Shown: piece by piece, positions 17,533-31,194 of the stretch
Layout: each line of letters opens with the position of its first letter
How positions within the stretch are numbered: the stretch's first letter is position 1
Assembly (NCBI GenBank): GCA_964016885.1
Contig: OZ024760.1
Location: 28,086,001-28,150,000 of the forward strand
Length of the DNA stretch: 64,000 nt
From: Eledone cirrhosa
Lineage: Eukaryota
Direction of reading: 5' to 3'
Program-made: the position numbers and the translations under genes
The notes under the pieces: generated by a model
The model's database searches: none
Seen by the model: only the letters and a program-made list of their open reading frames with translations
What the model was told of the DNA's origin: nothing

Positions 17533-17535
<3 letters not shown>
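16638..17535 (+). mobile_element. Dispersed member of the 466-bp HHR family: inverted arm (16638-16845) + ~1.3 direct units; intact HHR at 17165-17209
   Basis: AACGGTG-CTGATGA-TAGCT aaca AGCTT-GAAA-CTAG-TA-CATCGTT. Ends at the same 3' point as the 51101-55235 array, then (TA)n. Confidence 0.88.
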
Positions 17536-17597
<62 letters not shown>

Positions 17598-17956
17598 AAT
17601 AAACATACAGATAGAACGCGGGAAAATAAATCTGGCAGAAGAGACGAGTGAGAAATCCAATGTCCCCCCCCCCCTCTTTTCTCTCTCTCCCTCTCTCTTT
17701 TGCTCTCCCGCTCCACCTCTCTTTTCCCTCTCTCTTACTATCGCTTTTCGCTTTCTCTTCTCTCACGTTCCCCCGCTCCTTTCTCTCGCTCTCACTCCTC
17801 CTCTCTCACACCACCTCTATGTCACCCCCCCCCACTCTCACCACAGTTCTATAGAAATGACAATAACGAGAGTATCGCCTCTTTTCTCTTCTCCAACGTG
17901 AAGTGGATTCCTGCCTTTAGAGGATTTCGCAAATAGTGTGTGGGAGAATGAGTTAT

Positions 17957-18028
<72 letters not shown>

Positions 18029-18181
18029 ACACAATTATACATACATACAGATACGTACACATATATATATATAGATACATACATATACACACAGATACGA
18101 GCATACGCACATATATGTGTATATATATATATGTGTGTATGCTTGTATCTGTGTGTATATGTATGTATCTCTCTCTCTCTC

Positions 18182-18212
<31 letters not shown>

Positions 18213-18293
18213 ATGTACAAACTTATACATCATACAGATACGTATACACACACATATACACACACATATATATATATATATAGAGAGAGAGAT

Positions 18294-18502
18294 ATAGGAA
18301 CGAGTAGGACCTCGACGGCTGAGCTCAAGCCGTTTCGACGGCTAATTCTGGACTGCTAATTCTAGTCCAGAATTAGCCGTCGAAACGGCTTGAGCTCAGC
18401 CGTCGGGGTCCTACTCGTTCCTATTACCCACTCTACTACCCTAAGTATTGAGTACTTTGGTGCGTTATGGTCCATCTCGTTCCTTACCACATTTCCTTCG
18501 TT
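18294..18502 (+). mobile_element. Fold-back element (family E)
   Basis: Long inverted repeat ~18294-18424. GAAA-CGGCT tgagctc AGCCG-TC at 18382-18404. Tail to 18502. Confidence 0.8.
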
Positions 18503-18596
18503 ATATATATATATATATATAGCTACATACATACCCACACAGATACGAACATACACACACATAGATTTATACAAACACCCATATATACGCATACAT

Positions 18597-19065
18597 ATGG
18601 TGGCTGCCAACTCGTTTTCGAGTACGGCCACTACTTTATATCCATGTAGGAGAACCCCAACCGATGCGCTGAACGAGTGTGACTTTTTAGTCCAGCCAGC
18701 GACTTGAAAACTCTGGTACAAACACTACACCTGTGACAATTATTGACACATAGTGCTGGGCCCATGGTACCATGTGACGACAAGTGCAGAGAGATCTCCA
18801 TATATAAAGCAATGCCTGTGCCGTGAAGCTTTTATAGTGGGCAAAGGCACTGCACAAAGCCAGTCCCACTCTCTTAACCAAGATGATATTTACCAAAAAG
18901 AAGAACAAGTCAACATCATTGGATACCATCAGGGTTGCAGGTGTTATATCAGAGTTTTCCTTCTCCTAGAATTCTGCCTTGACAAAGGCTAAGGGGTCAT
19001 CACTCCCGGTGATTTTGGATGGCCATTGACTCTTAAGAGCTCCTTTGCCCTTTGACAGGTTTGAC
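18597..19065 (-). mobile_element. Minus-strand copy of the RTE-like non-autonomous element
   Basis: Reverse complement of the 11936-12400 and 13803-14212 sequences. Confidence 0.7.
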
Positions 19066-19428
19066 GCATACATATTCATACATACATACATACAAAAAGT
19101 GTATGCATATGCACACACACACACACACACACGCACATATATATATACATAAACACACACAGAGTTTCCTCCAAAAATGTATACACCATTCTAATAAATA
19201 TTACCTGTACGGGTAATCAGTGTTTATACATTTTTCGGACACACACACACACACACACACATATACGCATATATATACACATATATAAATGTATATATAT
19301 ATTCATATACGCATACATATACACACATATATATATTCATACACACATATGCACACACATATATATATATTCATATACACACACATATAAATATATATAT
19401 ATTCATACACACACACACACACACACAT

Positions 19429-19498
<70 letters not shown>

Positions 19499-19519
19499 AT
19501 AATAATAATAGTAATAATA

Positions 19520-20030
19520 ATAAATTTGAAGACTAAAATCCAAAGAGGGCTCGATAAGGATAAATATATGTCAAATATATAAGAACCGTAGAGCAAATAT
19601 TTATTAAGTCTACGACTTCTGCTATACCATTTACGTGGTTTTGCCTTTGCGTGCTATTGTTCTCCACGTTCCACATATGACGTATTATCCTCGTTTTTTT
19701 TCGTTCATTGCCAGAGAACGTCTCTATGCACCACCTAAGAGAACATTAGTCTACGACTTCTTTTGTACCATAAACGTGGTTCTGACTTTGCGCGTAATTG
19801 TTTTTCACCGCTCCTATTAATGACGTATTATATTCGTTTTTTCCCGTTCTTTGCCAGCGAACGTTTCCACGAACCAAAGTATCGTCTTCCTGTCTTCCTC
19901 CGGTTGCAACGTTCTTTGAAATATCCAGTTCTGCGTTTACAGATTGACTTTGTTAGTTTCAGAAGATACCGTTAAGGGTGAAAGCAGCGATTCTTTGCTT
20001 AAACTTTAATCTGTTATTTTAATAAATATA
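19520..20030. mobile_element. Dispersed (TA)n-associated repeat family with an internal ~140-bp duplication and an inverted tail segment
   Basis: Homologous pieces at 27705-28025, 28955-29045, 26188-26252, 33822-33880 and 40778-40895. Confidence 0.65.
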
Positions 20031-20152
20031 TATATATATATAGATCAAATTTACCGTCCAAACCCATGCAAGCGTGGAACACGGACGCTAAACCTGATGA
20101 TGATGATATAGAGAGAGATTACAATAATCAAAGTTCAGTTTAAATCATTTAT

Positions 20153-20201
20153 TTGCTTACAATTGTTTCCTCCAAACCAAGGTTTGGATTCTTCGGAGCA
20201 A
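20153..20201 (-). ncRNA. Minimal HHR with one core substitution (CCGAAGA)
   Basis: Minus strand: TTGCT-CCGAAGA-ATCCAAACCTTGGTTTGGAG-GAAA-CAATTG-TA-AGCAA; palindromic stem III ACAATTGT. Confidence 0.65.
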
Positions 20202-20402
20202 CTATTTAGTGATCTATAACATACTTGACCTCCTTTTCAACACAAGAGACATATAAAAACATATGCATATATTGACCCACAGTGGGTTGACATCCATCAA
20301 AATGATATAGCATGGCAATTTACATATAAAGGTTACAGGATAAAAATAAAAATAAAAGTAAATATATATATATATATATACGATATTATATGTGTGTGTG
20401 TA

Positions 20403-20436
<34 letters not shown>

Positions 20437-20715
20437 TACACACACACATACATATATACATACATAGATATACACATATATATATATATTCATATACACA
20501 TACATACATATACACACACTTATAAATATATATATTCATACACACATACATATACACATATATATATATATTCAGATACACATACATACATATACACACA
20601 CACATATATATATATATTCATACACACACACATATACACACACACATATATATATTCATACACACACACACATACATATACAGATATATATATATATTCA
20701 GATACACATACATAT

Positions 20716-20756
<41 letters not shown>

Positions 20757-21221
20757 TACACACATACATATACACACATATATATATATTCATATACACA
20801 CACATATACACATACATATATATATTCATATACACAGACATATACACATACATATATATATTCATATATACATACAGAGATATACACATACATACATATA
20901 CACACACATATATATATTCATACACACACCCACATACATATACACATATATATATATATATTCACACACACATACATATACACATATATATATATTCATA
21001 TACACATACATACATATACACACATATATATATATATATTCATACACACACACACATACATATACATATATATATATTCAGATACACATACATACATATA
21101 CACACACACATATATATTCATATACACACACAAACATATTCACACATATATATATATATTCATACATATACACATACATATACACACACACATATATTTA
21201 TATATTCATATACACATACAT

Positions 21222-21255
<34 letters not shown>

Positions 21256-22903
21256 TCATACATACACACATACATATACACATATATATATATTCATACA
21301 CACACACACATACATATACACACACATATATAAATATATTCATATACACACACATACATATACACACATATATATATTCATATACACACACACAGACATA
21401 TACACACACATATATATATATATATTCATATACACACACATACATATACACACATATATATATTCATATACACATAATACATATATATACATGTATTCAC
21501 ACACAGACACAGACACAGACACACACATACACACACACACACGCACACACACACACACACCACACGTATATGTGGGGTTGGTGGTGGAGGCTATAGCTGC
21601 CATCTTGGAACGCCGGATAAACCGGACAACATAAGACAGATTAAGACACTAAAATAAGCGTTTGTCTCTTTCTCCAACCCGTTTTCTTACTATATATATA
21701 TATGTGTGTGTGTGTGTATGCGCGTATGTATATGCGGGTATATATGTATGTATATGTATGTTTATATAGGCATGTATATATTTATGTATGTATGTGTATA
21801 TGTATGTATATATGTATGTGTATATATGTACACATATGCTTGTATGTGTATATATGTACCTATATGTATATATGTATGTGTATATATGCACATTTATGTA
21901 CATATATGCGTGTATATATGTATGTATATATATATGTTTATATATGCATGTATATATTTGTGTATGTATATGTATATGTATGTATATGTATGTATATATA
22001 TGTACATATATATATATGAGTGTATTTATGTATATACACATATTTATATATGTATATACACATATTTATATATGTATATACATAATAATTGTATATATAT
22101 GCATATATGTATATACACATTCAAACATATGCATATATATATATATATATGCATATGTATATGTTTGAATGTGTATATACATATATGCATATATATATAT
22201 ATATACAATTATTATGTATATATGTATGTTTGTGTTTGTGTATACATATATGCTTATATTTATCCATATATATATATATATATTGATAAACATAAGCATA
22301 TACGTTACACACACACAAACATACTCACATAAACCCATATAGCCACACATATATACACATATAGCCATACTTATACACACATATAGCCACACTTATATAC
22401 ACATATACACACAAACGTACTAATGAACGCGTGTAAGGTTCCAGGCGATACTTATAAGAAACGCAATGGAAGAGCTTATATGCTTGAGTAGAATGACAAT
22501 CTCTTATTCTCCCATTCTTCTAAACTACTGTACTACTGTACTACTGTACTACTGTTCGGCTATTCTCTTGTTCTGCTGACCATGTATCCAAGATGGATGA
22601 AGTGTTGTTACTTATCTCTAGCGAGAAGTAGGTATATAATTGTATTCTCGAACACAAAAGGAATGCAACGATTTATTGTAATAGGATTACTACGGATCAA
22701 TACTTAGTGCTGCCTCTTAAAACATACACTTATCTATATATGTAGGTGTATATATATGTAGGTGTGTATATGCAGGTGTATATGTATGCGTGTATATATG
22801 TAGGTGTTATGTAGGTGTGTATATATGTTATATGTATGTGTGTCTGTATTTATATGTATGCATGGATGAGTGTGAATGCATTTGTGTGTATGTTTATTTG
22901 TGC

Positions 22904-22946
<43 letters not shown>

Positions 22947-22995
22947 TACGTATGTATACACACACACACGTTAGTATGTATGTATACACACACAC

Positions 22996-23072
<77 letters not shown>

Positions 23073-23194
23073 CTTTTAACCGTACCAGCCATCCGGCTAA
23101 GGCCATGCTGGGGCACCGCCCTTGTTGCTACGTATTCTATCTCCAGCCTGTATTGGCTGGCCATTGGTGTAAGAGGGAGTTGTTGCTGCTGCCC

Positions 23195-23578
23195 TTATGT
23201 TACCTTCGTGCTGTGAGCTCATCTGGGATCCTGGATAGCAAGGTGTCAAGATGTTTCTTGAAAACATCCACCTCCACACCATGCAGATCTCCCAGATCCC
23301 TCGGCAACTTGTTGAAGAGTAGATGGCCTTTGAACCCCAGATTATTGCAATATCTGCTCCTTATTCTAGATGTGAAAGACGGGACCTTTGGTACCACACA
23401 GTGACGTCATGTTCAGGGGTTGGTCTAGCTCCCAATGCCGGAGATTTGGTGCTAGTCCTACCAGGATTTTCCATATGTATATCACTGATTATCTCTCCCG
23501 TCTTCGTTTGAAGGAGTAGTTTCAGTTCTTTTAGCCTCTCCCAGTAGCTCATCTCCTTCATTGTGGCAATCCTCTTGT
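23195..23578 (-). pseudogene. CR1/L2-clade-like LINE ORF2 C-terminal remnant (frameshifted)
   Basis: Translates to MSYWERLKELKL... and ...LGFKGHLLFNKLPRDLGDLHGVEVDVFKKHLDTLLSRIPDE, typical of CR1-like 3' ends. Confidence 0.75.
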
Positions 23579-23629
<51 letters not shown>

Positions 23630-23632
<3 letters not shown>

Positions 23633-23958
23633 AAAGAGATGAAATCGAAAATGCAACTGAAGTCTTATTTTGTTTTTAAATATATATATTTATTTGGTTC
23701 CTTTACCGGTTTCGCAGTTCTTCTGCTTTTTAAAAGGTGAGTTGAGATGGAGGGTCTGAGAAAAACCACAGACCCTCCATCTCAACTCACCTTTTGAAAA
23801 GCAGAAGAACTGCGAAACCGGTAAAGGAACCAAATAAATATATATATTTAAAAAAAAAATAAGACTCCAGTTGCATTTTCGATTTCATCTCTTTTTCTTT
23901 ATACTTTCACTCGTGTAGGACACCTCGGTTATTTTTCATTTTGTAAAAAAAACCTCAC

Positions 23959-23965
<7 letters not shown>
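23630..23965 (+). mobile_element. Fold-back element (~125-bp arms) with a degenerate HHR in each arm and a 3' tail
   Basis: Inverted repeat 23630-23898. CCTT-TTGAAAA-GCAG aagaa CTGC-GAAA-CCG-GTA-AAGG at ~23790-23827; core is mutated from CTGAAGA. Confidence 0.7.
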
Positions 23966-24016
<51 letters not shown>

Positions 24017-24029
24017 TATATATATATAT

Positions 24030-24443
24030 AAATCTAACTGTCCGTTAAATAACAACTGCTTAGCTAAAAATGTAGTGTACAATTGTAATGTTAAAACTAA
24101 TTTAAATTCATTTAACTATGTTGGTTCCACCTCTACAGAATTTAAATTTCGCTTCAATAATCATAAGAATTCTTTCACAGATCCAAACAAAAAATCTTCA
24201 ACTTCGCTATCTAGCCTAATATGGGACCTAAAACGAGATAATATTAAATATTCGATGAATTGGAATATTATTTCATAAGCTACTCCTTTTAATTCCTCTT
24301 CAGAAAATTGTGATCTTTGTATTGAAGAAATATTCTTTATATTAAAGTCCAAAAATTACCTTAATCTAAGGAACAATTTATTCAGTTGCTGCAGACATAG
24401 ATTGAACTCGACGTTTAAATATAAATATAAATTTAAAATGTAG
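24030..24443 (+). pseudogene. Penelope-like element GIY-YIG endonuclease C-terminal domain, 5'-truncated, one in-frame TAA (Naiad-like motif pattern)
   Basis: KSNCPLNNNCLAKNVVY...YVGSTSTEFKFRFNNHKNSF...STSLSSLIWDLK...WNIIS*ATPFN...CDLCIEEIFFIL...LNLRNNLFSCCRH: VVY/YVG, catalytic R, H, CxLC, LN and CRH motifs. Confidence 0.85.
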
Positions 24444-25352
24444 TATAATTAATTAAGTAATTTAGTTAATATATGAAACCTGTCGATAAATCATTAGATT
24501 CCTTCACCTTTTTCTTTTTAAACTTTCTTCCTAAATATAAACATGGATATAATAAACTACTCTAAAATGTCTATACTTCCAATGTATTAAATAAAATATA
24601 CGTAAGATAAATTTCTATACTAAATATAAGGTTATCTGTAGAATCATGGGGTTTTTTAAATCTTTTAAATTATTTTTATTTATTTGTTTTGATTCTGATA
24701 GCTTCTCATAACTTTCATAAGTATACCCTTTCAATATCTTGATTGAGATACGTAGGATAAATTTCTATACTAAATATATAAAACATATTATTTTAACTTA
24801 AGATACTCTATAGTGTTTTAAAGATATTTAATGCTTTGATATTTCTAAATTTCTTCTGACTATACTGATATAGTTGCATTTCCAAAATATATTCCTTTGG
24901 TATTTTGAATTTATATTGTTATGGTTATATTTACAAGTTATAATCCTTTAGTAATATATTGATATTTGATTATCTCTATACAAATGCATATGTGTATTAA
25001 CATGCATATAAAGTGTTATAGGTTTTTTGTGTTTGTATATGTCTGTATATATACATGAGCGATGCGGGAGGACGCACGCAGATATTTATTTATACATATG
25101 TATGTGTATATATGTGTGTATATATATCTGTGTGGGTGAGAGCTATGTTGCAGATATGCATAATATTAAATACATGAATGGTAATCGTATATATGAGGAC
25201 ATGAATATTAATCGTATATATTTATGTATATATACTGTGAAATTTTTATAACACAATGAGTATATAGCAGTGATTAAGAGAAATCATTTACGTTTTGTAT
25301 GGCTATATTGTTGGCTTGAGTAAACATAATTTCTATTTTCAGGACATGCGTA

Positions 25353-25383
<31 letters not shown>

Positions 25384-26042
25384 TTGTATGTCTTTGCATA
25401 AGATACTGATCTCTATAGCAAGGGTACATTTTGAACGATTTAACTCAGATTTTGGTATATTGATCTCAAGTTTCTAAACTAAACATATAGTCATTATTGA
25501 ACAAAGTTTAATTTCTCACATTATATATCTATGTCCCATTCATGAATATTGATATTTATATTTTTATTATTCATTTCATATAAATTGTTAACTCAACTTG
25601 ATATGACATGACGTAAAGTTTTCATTGTCTCCCCCTCTCTCTATATAGTATTTCTCTCTCTTGAGATTTTCTATCTGTATGATGACTTAATATCTCTCTG
25701 TTGCTTTCCTTTGTTTTTCTTATTTCTTCCTTTTTTCTTTCTTTTTTATTTCCTCCTATCTTTATTTATCTCTTTCTTTTCTTTTCTCCATACATTTCTC
25801 TCTCTCTCTGATATTTCTCCAGGTTTTCTTTCTCTCTCTCCGTCTTTTTTCTTTTTTTTTCTTTCTCTCCGTCTTTTTTCTTTCTCTCCGTTTTTTTCTT
25901 TCTCTCCGTCATTTTCTAATTGTGCCTAACACTATGACTTATTAAAATAATATAAACAAATCACTATCCAGACAGCCTCCAAAAGTAATGGTTGCATTTT
26001 AAAAGGGTACGTCAAAGCTATTTGTAAAACTGTTATATATTG

Positions 26043-26107
26043 TATTTTGTCTGATGAAGGCATACCATAATTTAATGTGGTATCCCTGAAATATGTATAA
26101 TGAAATA
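26043..26107 (+). ncRNA. Minimal type I HHR in the putative pLTR downstream of the GIY-YIG remnant (family P)
   Basis: TATTTTGT-CTGATGA-AGGCATACCA..TGGTATCCCT-GAAA-TATGTA-TA-ATGAAATA. Same HHR at 48083-48147, 49613-49677, ~26648-26706 and in minus-strand arms. Confidence 0.75.
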
Positions 26108-26146
26108 AATATGGTTTTATAAATATAGTTTCCATTTATTAATATC

Positions 26147-26192
<46 letters not shown>

Positions 26193-26266
26193 TAAAATAA
26201 CAGATTAAAGTTTAAGCAAAGAATCGCTGCATTCACCCTTAACGGGATCTTCTATATATATATATA

Positions 26267-26745
26267 TATGCAAAAGTTCTATTTAAATTGTTGGGATACA
26301 ACAAGCAAATATTTTTATAACTGATATAAAGCACTCGACAAGTATTTGGAGTAAATATACGATATTAACAAATGGAAACTATATTTATAAAACCATATCT
26401 ATTTTATTATACATATTTCAAGGATACCATGTTAAATTATGGTATGCTTTCATCAGACAAAATACAATATATACCAGTTTTATAAATAAATATTGACATA
26501 CCCTTACAAAATGCAACCGTTACTTTTGGAAGACATCGGGATAGTGGATTTGTTTACTTATATTAGTAAGTCGTTGTGTTACAGAGAAGGAAAAAGACGG
26601 AGAGAGAGAAAAGAAAAAAAGAAAAAAAGAAAAAAAGAAAAAGAAAGTCTGATGAAAGCATACCATAATTTAACATGGTATCCTTGAAATATGTATAATA
26701 AAATAGATATGGTTTTATAAATATAGTTTCCATTTGTTAATATCG
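26267..26745 (-). mobile_element. Family P fold-back insertion: minus-strand pLTR with ~90-nt tail + inverted short arm
   Basis: Arms ~26357-26458 and ~26648-26748 are reverse complements. Same architecture at 49353-49717. Confidence 0.78.
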
Positions 26746-26752
26746 TATATAT

Positions 26753-26846
<94 letters not shown>

Positions 26847-27066
26847 ATACTTGGGGAGGGTCATATTTGTGTAATATTGCCAGAATTAATAACAGAACAC
26901 ACTCACTGTTTGGTTGGTTTTCGCTTTTCGCCTCTGTGTCTTTTATATATATACAAGAGATGTCAACATGAATGGACCTGTTATTTTTATATTTTTATCT
27001 AAAGACATTTTTTCGAATTCCAACCCACCCGTCCCCTCAATCTATCTTATAAAAATTCTCATTCTT

Positions 27067-27102
27067 TCTTCTGATGAAGGACCAGCGTCCGAAACGTTAA
27101 GA
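27067..27102 (+). ncRNA. Minimal type I HHR within a dispersed repeat (~26955-27190; degenerate minus copy ~41670-41925)
   Basis: TCTT-CTGATGA-A-GGAC cagc GTCC-GAAA-CG-TT-AAGA; palindromic ACGT stem III. Confidence 0.75.
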
Positions 27103-27183
27103 CCCTCTTCCTGCTATTTCAAGCGTTAACCTAATATACCCCGTCCATATACTGTACCGATTGTGTTGTTATTTCTGTTTACC

Positions 27184-27223
<40 letters not shown>

Positions 27224-27224
27224 T

Positions 27225-27255
<31 letters not shown>

Positions 27256-27271
27256 GGAGAGAGAAAGAAAG

Positions 27272-27700
27272 AGAGAATGAGAAAATGTGAAGTAGTTTCA
27301 GATGTTAAAGTCCTTTATAGGTAATGCTGTGATACATATTTCAATGACGACAGTGGTCACACGATTCTGTGTACGCAGTGCCGTGACATCATCAGACAGC
27401 TTCTTATACAGGGGAACGGGCAGGCGAACCAAGAACACACGCCTTGTCCGTTCCCTTGTCATTTATGTTTGGATTCCCTTGGGAACATAACCTTATTATA
27501 TAAGAAGCTGTCTGATGATGTCACGGCACTGGGTACACAGAATCGTGTGGCCACTGTCGTCATTGAAATATGTATCACAGCATTACCAATAAACGGCTTT
27601 AACATCTGAAACTACTTCACATTTTCTCATTCTAAATATACTCCGTTTTTCGTATGTGGAAAAAATGCATCGAGTGCTTGATTTGAATTGCATCAATATT
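27272..27700 (+). mobile_element. Fold-back element with HHRs in both arms (27507-27581 +; 27326-27400 -) and a 3' tail
   Basis: GCTGT-CTGATGA-(long stem II)-GAAA-TATGTA-TC-ACAGC; arms ~27273-27408 and ~27499-27633. Confidence 0.8.
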
Positions 27701-28382
27701 TACCGTTGCCAGAGAACGTCTCTATGAACCACCTAAGAGAACATTAGTCTACGACTTCTTTTATACCATAAACGTGGTTCTGTCTTTGCGCGTAATTGTT
27801 TTTCACCGCTCCGATTAATGACGTATTATATTCGTTTTTTCCCGTTCTTTGCCAGGGAACGTTTCCACGAACCAAAGTATCGTATTCCTGTCTTCCTCCG
27901 GTTGCAACGTTTTTTGAAATATCCACTTCTGCGTTTACAGATTGACTTTGTTAGTTTCAGAAGATCCCGTTAAGAGTGAAAGCAGCGATTCTTTGCTTAA
28001 ACTTTAATCTGTTATTTTAATAATTAATATATATATATATATATATTACTACATAAGCATGCTCATTACCGATGATAAATTAGCATGTGCCTTTAATCAA
28101 CTGATTAATATAATTGTGTTAATTGAAAGCAAACTCCCCAATTAACGACATTTAATGATAAATTTAGAAACGTTAAAAATATTTACATAACCAATGGATA
28201 CAGACACATATACACACACACACATATATATATGTGTGTGTATATAGATATATGTATGTATATATATCTATATGTATTTATGTATGTGTGTATATATATA
28301 TGTATGTATGTATATATGTATGTATATATAGATATATGTGTGTATATATGTATGTATATATAGATATATGTGTGTATATATG

Positions 28383-28433
<51 letters not shown>

Positions 28434-28705
28434 ATATAGATATGTATGTATATATAGATATGTATGTATATATAGATATGTATGTATATATAGATATGTA
28501 TGTATATATAGATATGTGTATATATATAGATATGTGTATATGTATATATAGATATGTGTATATATATAGATATGTGTATATATATATATAGATATGTGTA
28601 TATATATAGATATGTGTATATATATATATATTATATATATCGATGTATATATAGATATGTGTGTATATATATGTGTATATATATATATATATAGATATGC
28701 GTGTG

Positions 28706-28736
<31 letters not shown>

Positions 28737-28741
28737 CTATC

Positions 28742-28772
<31 letters not shown>

Positions 28773-28792
28773 TATATATATACACACATATC

Positions 28793-28827
<35 letters not shown>

Positions 28828-29152
28828 TATATATATAATATATATATACACATATATATATATATACATACATACATATATATATATACACATATATCTA
28901 TATATACATACATATATATACATACATACATATATATATACACACATACATAAATACATATTGTTCTACGGTTCTTATATATTTGATATATATTTATCCT
29001 CATCGAGCCCTCGTTGGATTTTAGTCTTCAAATTTAATTTATTATTATTACTATTATATAATATATATATATATATATACATATGTATGTACACATATGT
29101 ATGTATATGTGTGTTTATGTATATGTGTGGGTGTGTATATATATATATAAAC

Positions 29153-29183
<31 letters not shown>

Positions 29184-29295
29184 TATACTTACATATGTAT
29201 ATGTGAGGTAGAAGGTGCTAAATAGTCGGTCGTCCTCTTGTCTCTGATTTTCAGCCTCATGGATTTTATCTGTTATATTCCTTTGTTTTATTTCG

Positions 29296-29355
29296 AATAC
29301 CTGATGATATCACCGGATTCATACTGAACCCGGTCATTGAAATGATCATAGAATA
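29296..29355 (+). ncRNA. Degenerate HHR candidate
   Basis: CTGATGA (29301), stem II accgg..ccggt, GAAA-TGATCA-TA with palindromic stem III; stem I pairing is broken. Confidence 0.45.
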
Positions 29356-29402
29356 ATAAACCTTTCAAGGATTTACACCAACCAGTCCAGCCTCCTGTTA
29401 TT

Positions 29403-29477
<75 letters not shown>

Positions 29478-29509
29478 ATAATAATAAATTTGAAGACTAA
29501 AATCTGTTA

Positions 29510-29562
<53 letters not shown>

Positions 29563-29663
29563 TTATCGTTTTAATCATTATCTAGCCCAGAAAAAGAGAG
29601 ATAGAGAAACAAAAAAGGAAAAAAAAATATTTTTCTTCCTCATAATCGTCTCTTTCTCCCTGT

Positions 29664-29705
<42 letters not shown>

Positions 29706-29715
29706 ACATATACAT

Positions 29716-29758
<43 letters not shown>

Positions 29759-30029
29759 TATACATATGTATATGTGTGGGTATATATATATGTGTGTGTG
29801 TATTTGAAACAGAGAATGGGAGTAAATAAGGGAAATACGTCGAGACACAAGATGATGCTATTCGTTATACCGGAAGTTGTCTTAAACGGTATTTCCCGTT
29901 GGCCATATCTACCATGAAACTTAGTGTAGATATTTACACTGCCAACCTTGTAAAAGAAGAACCCCCACTTGAGATTTGTAATAGTTCTATCGTCTACATC
30001 ATGTTTATGATGTAGTCGATAGAACAGTT

Positions 30030-31140
30030 ACAAAAATAATCAGAGAACTCCCTGAACAAACCGAGGACGGTGAGTTGAGAGTTCAGTGCAGCAGTTTCTG
30101 TTTCAACTGTTAAATACTGCGAACGAAAGAGGTTTGGTGTGGCACCGGAGGACTCCTTGGTGTCGCACCGGATGGCAGGAAAACTCCTTGCTTCAATCAA
30201 GAGGTCAAAGATGCCAGCCGAAACTATCTAAAGCCAAGGAAGCCAAGAAACCTGGCAGGTCCAGGTCGACTTATAGGATAAAGTGGAAAGTGTTGGTGTA
30301 TAAGGAAGTCAGGACCAGGTATGCAGATACTATTGCATCAAAATTCAGAGAACTCCCCGAGACAGAGTGGAGATTTTTCAGCTCAGCAGTTTCTGCTTCA
30401 GCTGTTAAATGCTGCACGCAAAAGAGGCTTGGATTGGCCATCTAGATAGCAAGAAAACGCCTTGGTTCAATCAAGAATTCAAAGTGCCATCCGAGCACAG
30501 AAGGAGGCTTATAAAGCTTACCTTAGAAATAAGCCCTCCTTCTTGCACTTACAGCACAAGCAGGCACGAAGAATTGCAGCAGAGACAGTAAAAGCGTCCA
30601 AAGTTAAGACATGGGAGGACCTTGGGGTTAAGCTGGAATCCAACTTCAGATCAGCAAGTAAAGTGTTTTGGCAGACCATCCGCCGACTTCGTAATAAGAA
30701 GCCCTCCTCCACACCTGCTATGAAGAACACGTCTGGGGTTCTTCTCTCTTCAGAAAGGTGCATCCTCACGAAGTGGAGAGAATACTTTGCTGATCCCCTA
30801 AACCCGATCACAACAGCATCTTCTGATGTAAACGAAGCGTATCTAGGAGCAGTGACTAATCCCTGACAGGCTCAGGTCACAAGAGCAGTTAAAGAGCTTA
30901 AATGTGGCAAGGCCGCTGGGGAAGATGAAATCCAGCCCGAGGTGTTAACATCCTTAAATAGAGAAGATATTCTCTGGAAGACTTGTCAAATGGTGAGAGT
31001 ATTGCCAAGATGCATATTCTTGTTTTGTCGACCGTGAAAAGGTATCTCACCGCGTTACTCGGGTCCAACTGTGGAAGGTTCTGCAGGGGTAGTGAATCAA
31101 GGACCAGCTACTTGCTGCTCTGATGTCTATATGGAGGCCT
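30030..31140 (+). pseudogene. RTE-clade LINE remnant (EN-RT linker and RT start; frameshifts and stops)
   Basis: KKTPWFNQE, WEDLGVKLESNFRSASKVFWQTIRRLR, ILTKWREYFADPLNP, LKCGKAAGEDEIQPE, CFVDREK. The 30040-30145 segment duplicates 30345-30440. Confidence 0.85.
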
Positions 31141-31194
31141 CCATGGGAGTTTGGGGTGAAGACCGATTACATTAAAACCAATGGCATTAAGAGT

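Noticed and set aside
19955-19995. HHR in the 19520 family (CAGAAGA..GAAAGCAGCG)
   Set aside because: The core reads CAGA in both long copies, and there is no convincing stem III/UH site or stem I.
24276-24278. In-frame stop as possible selenocysteine codon in a Naiad-like ORF
   Set aside because: The codon is TAA, not TGA, and is not at a cysteine motif position; it is best read as a nonsense mutation.
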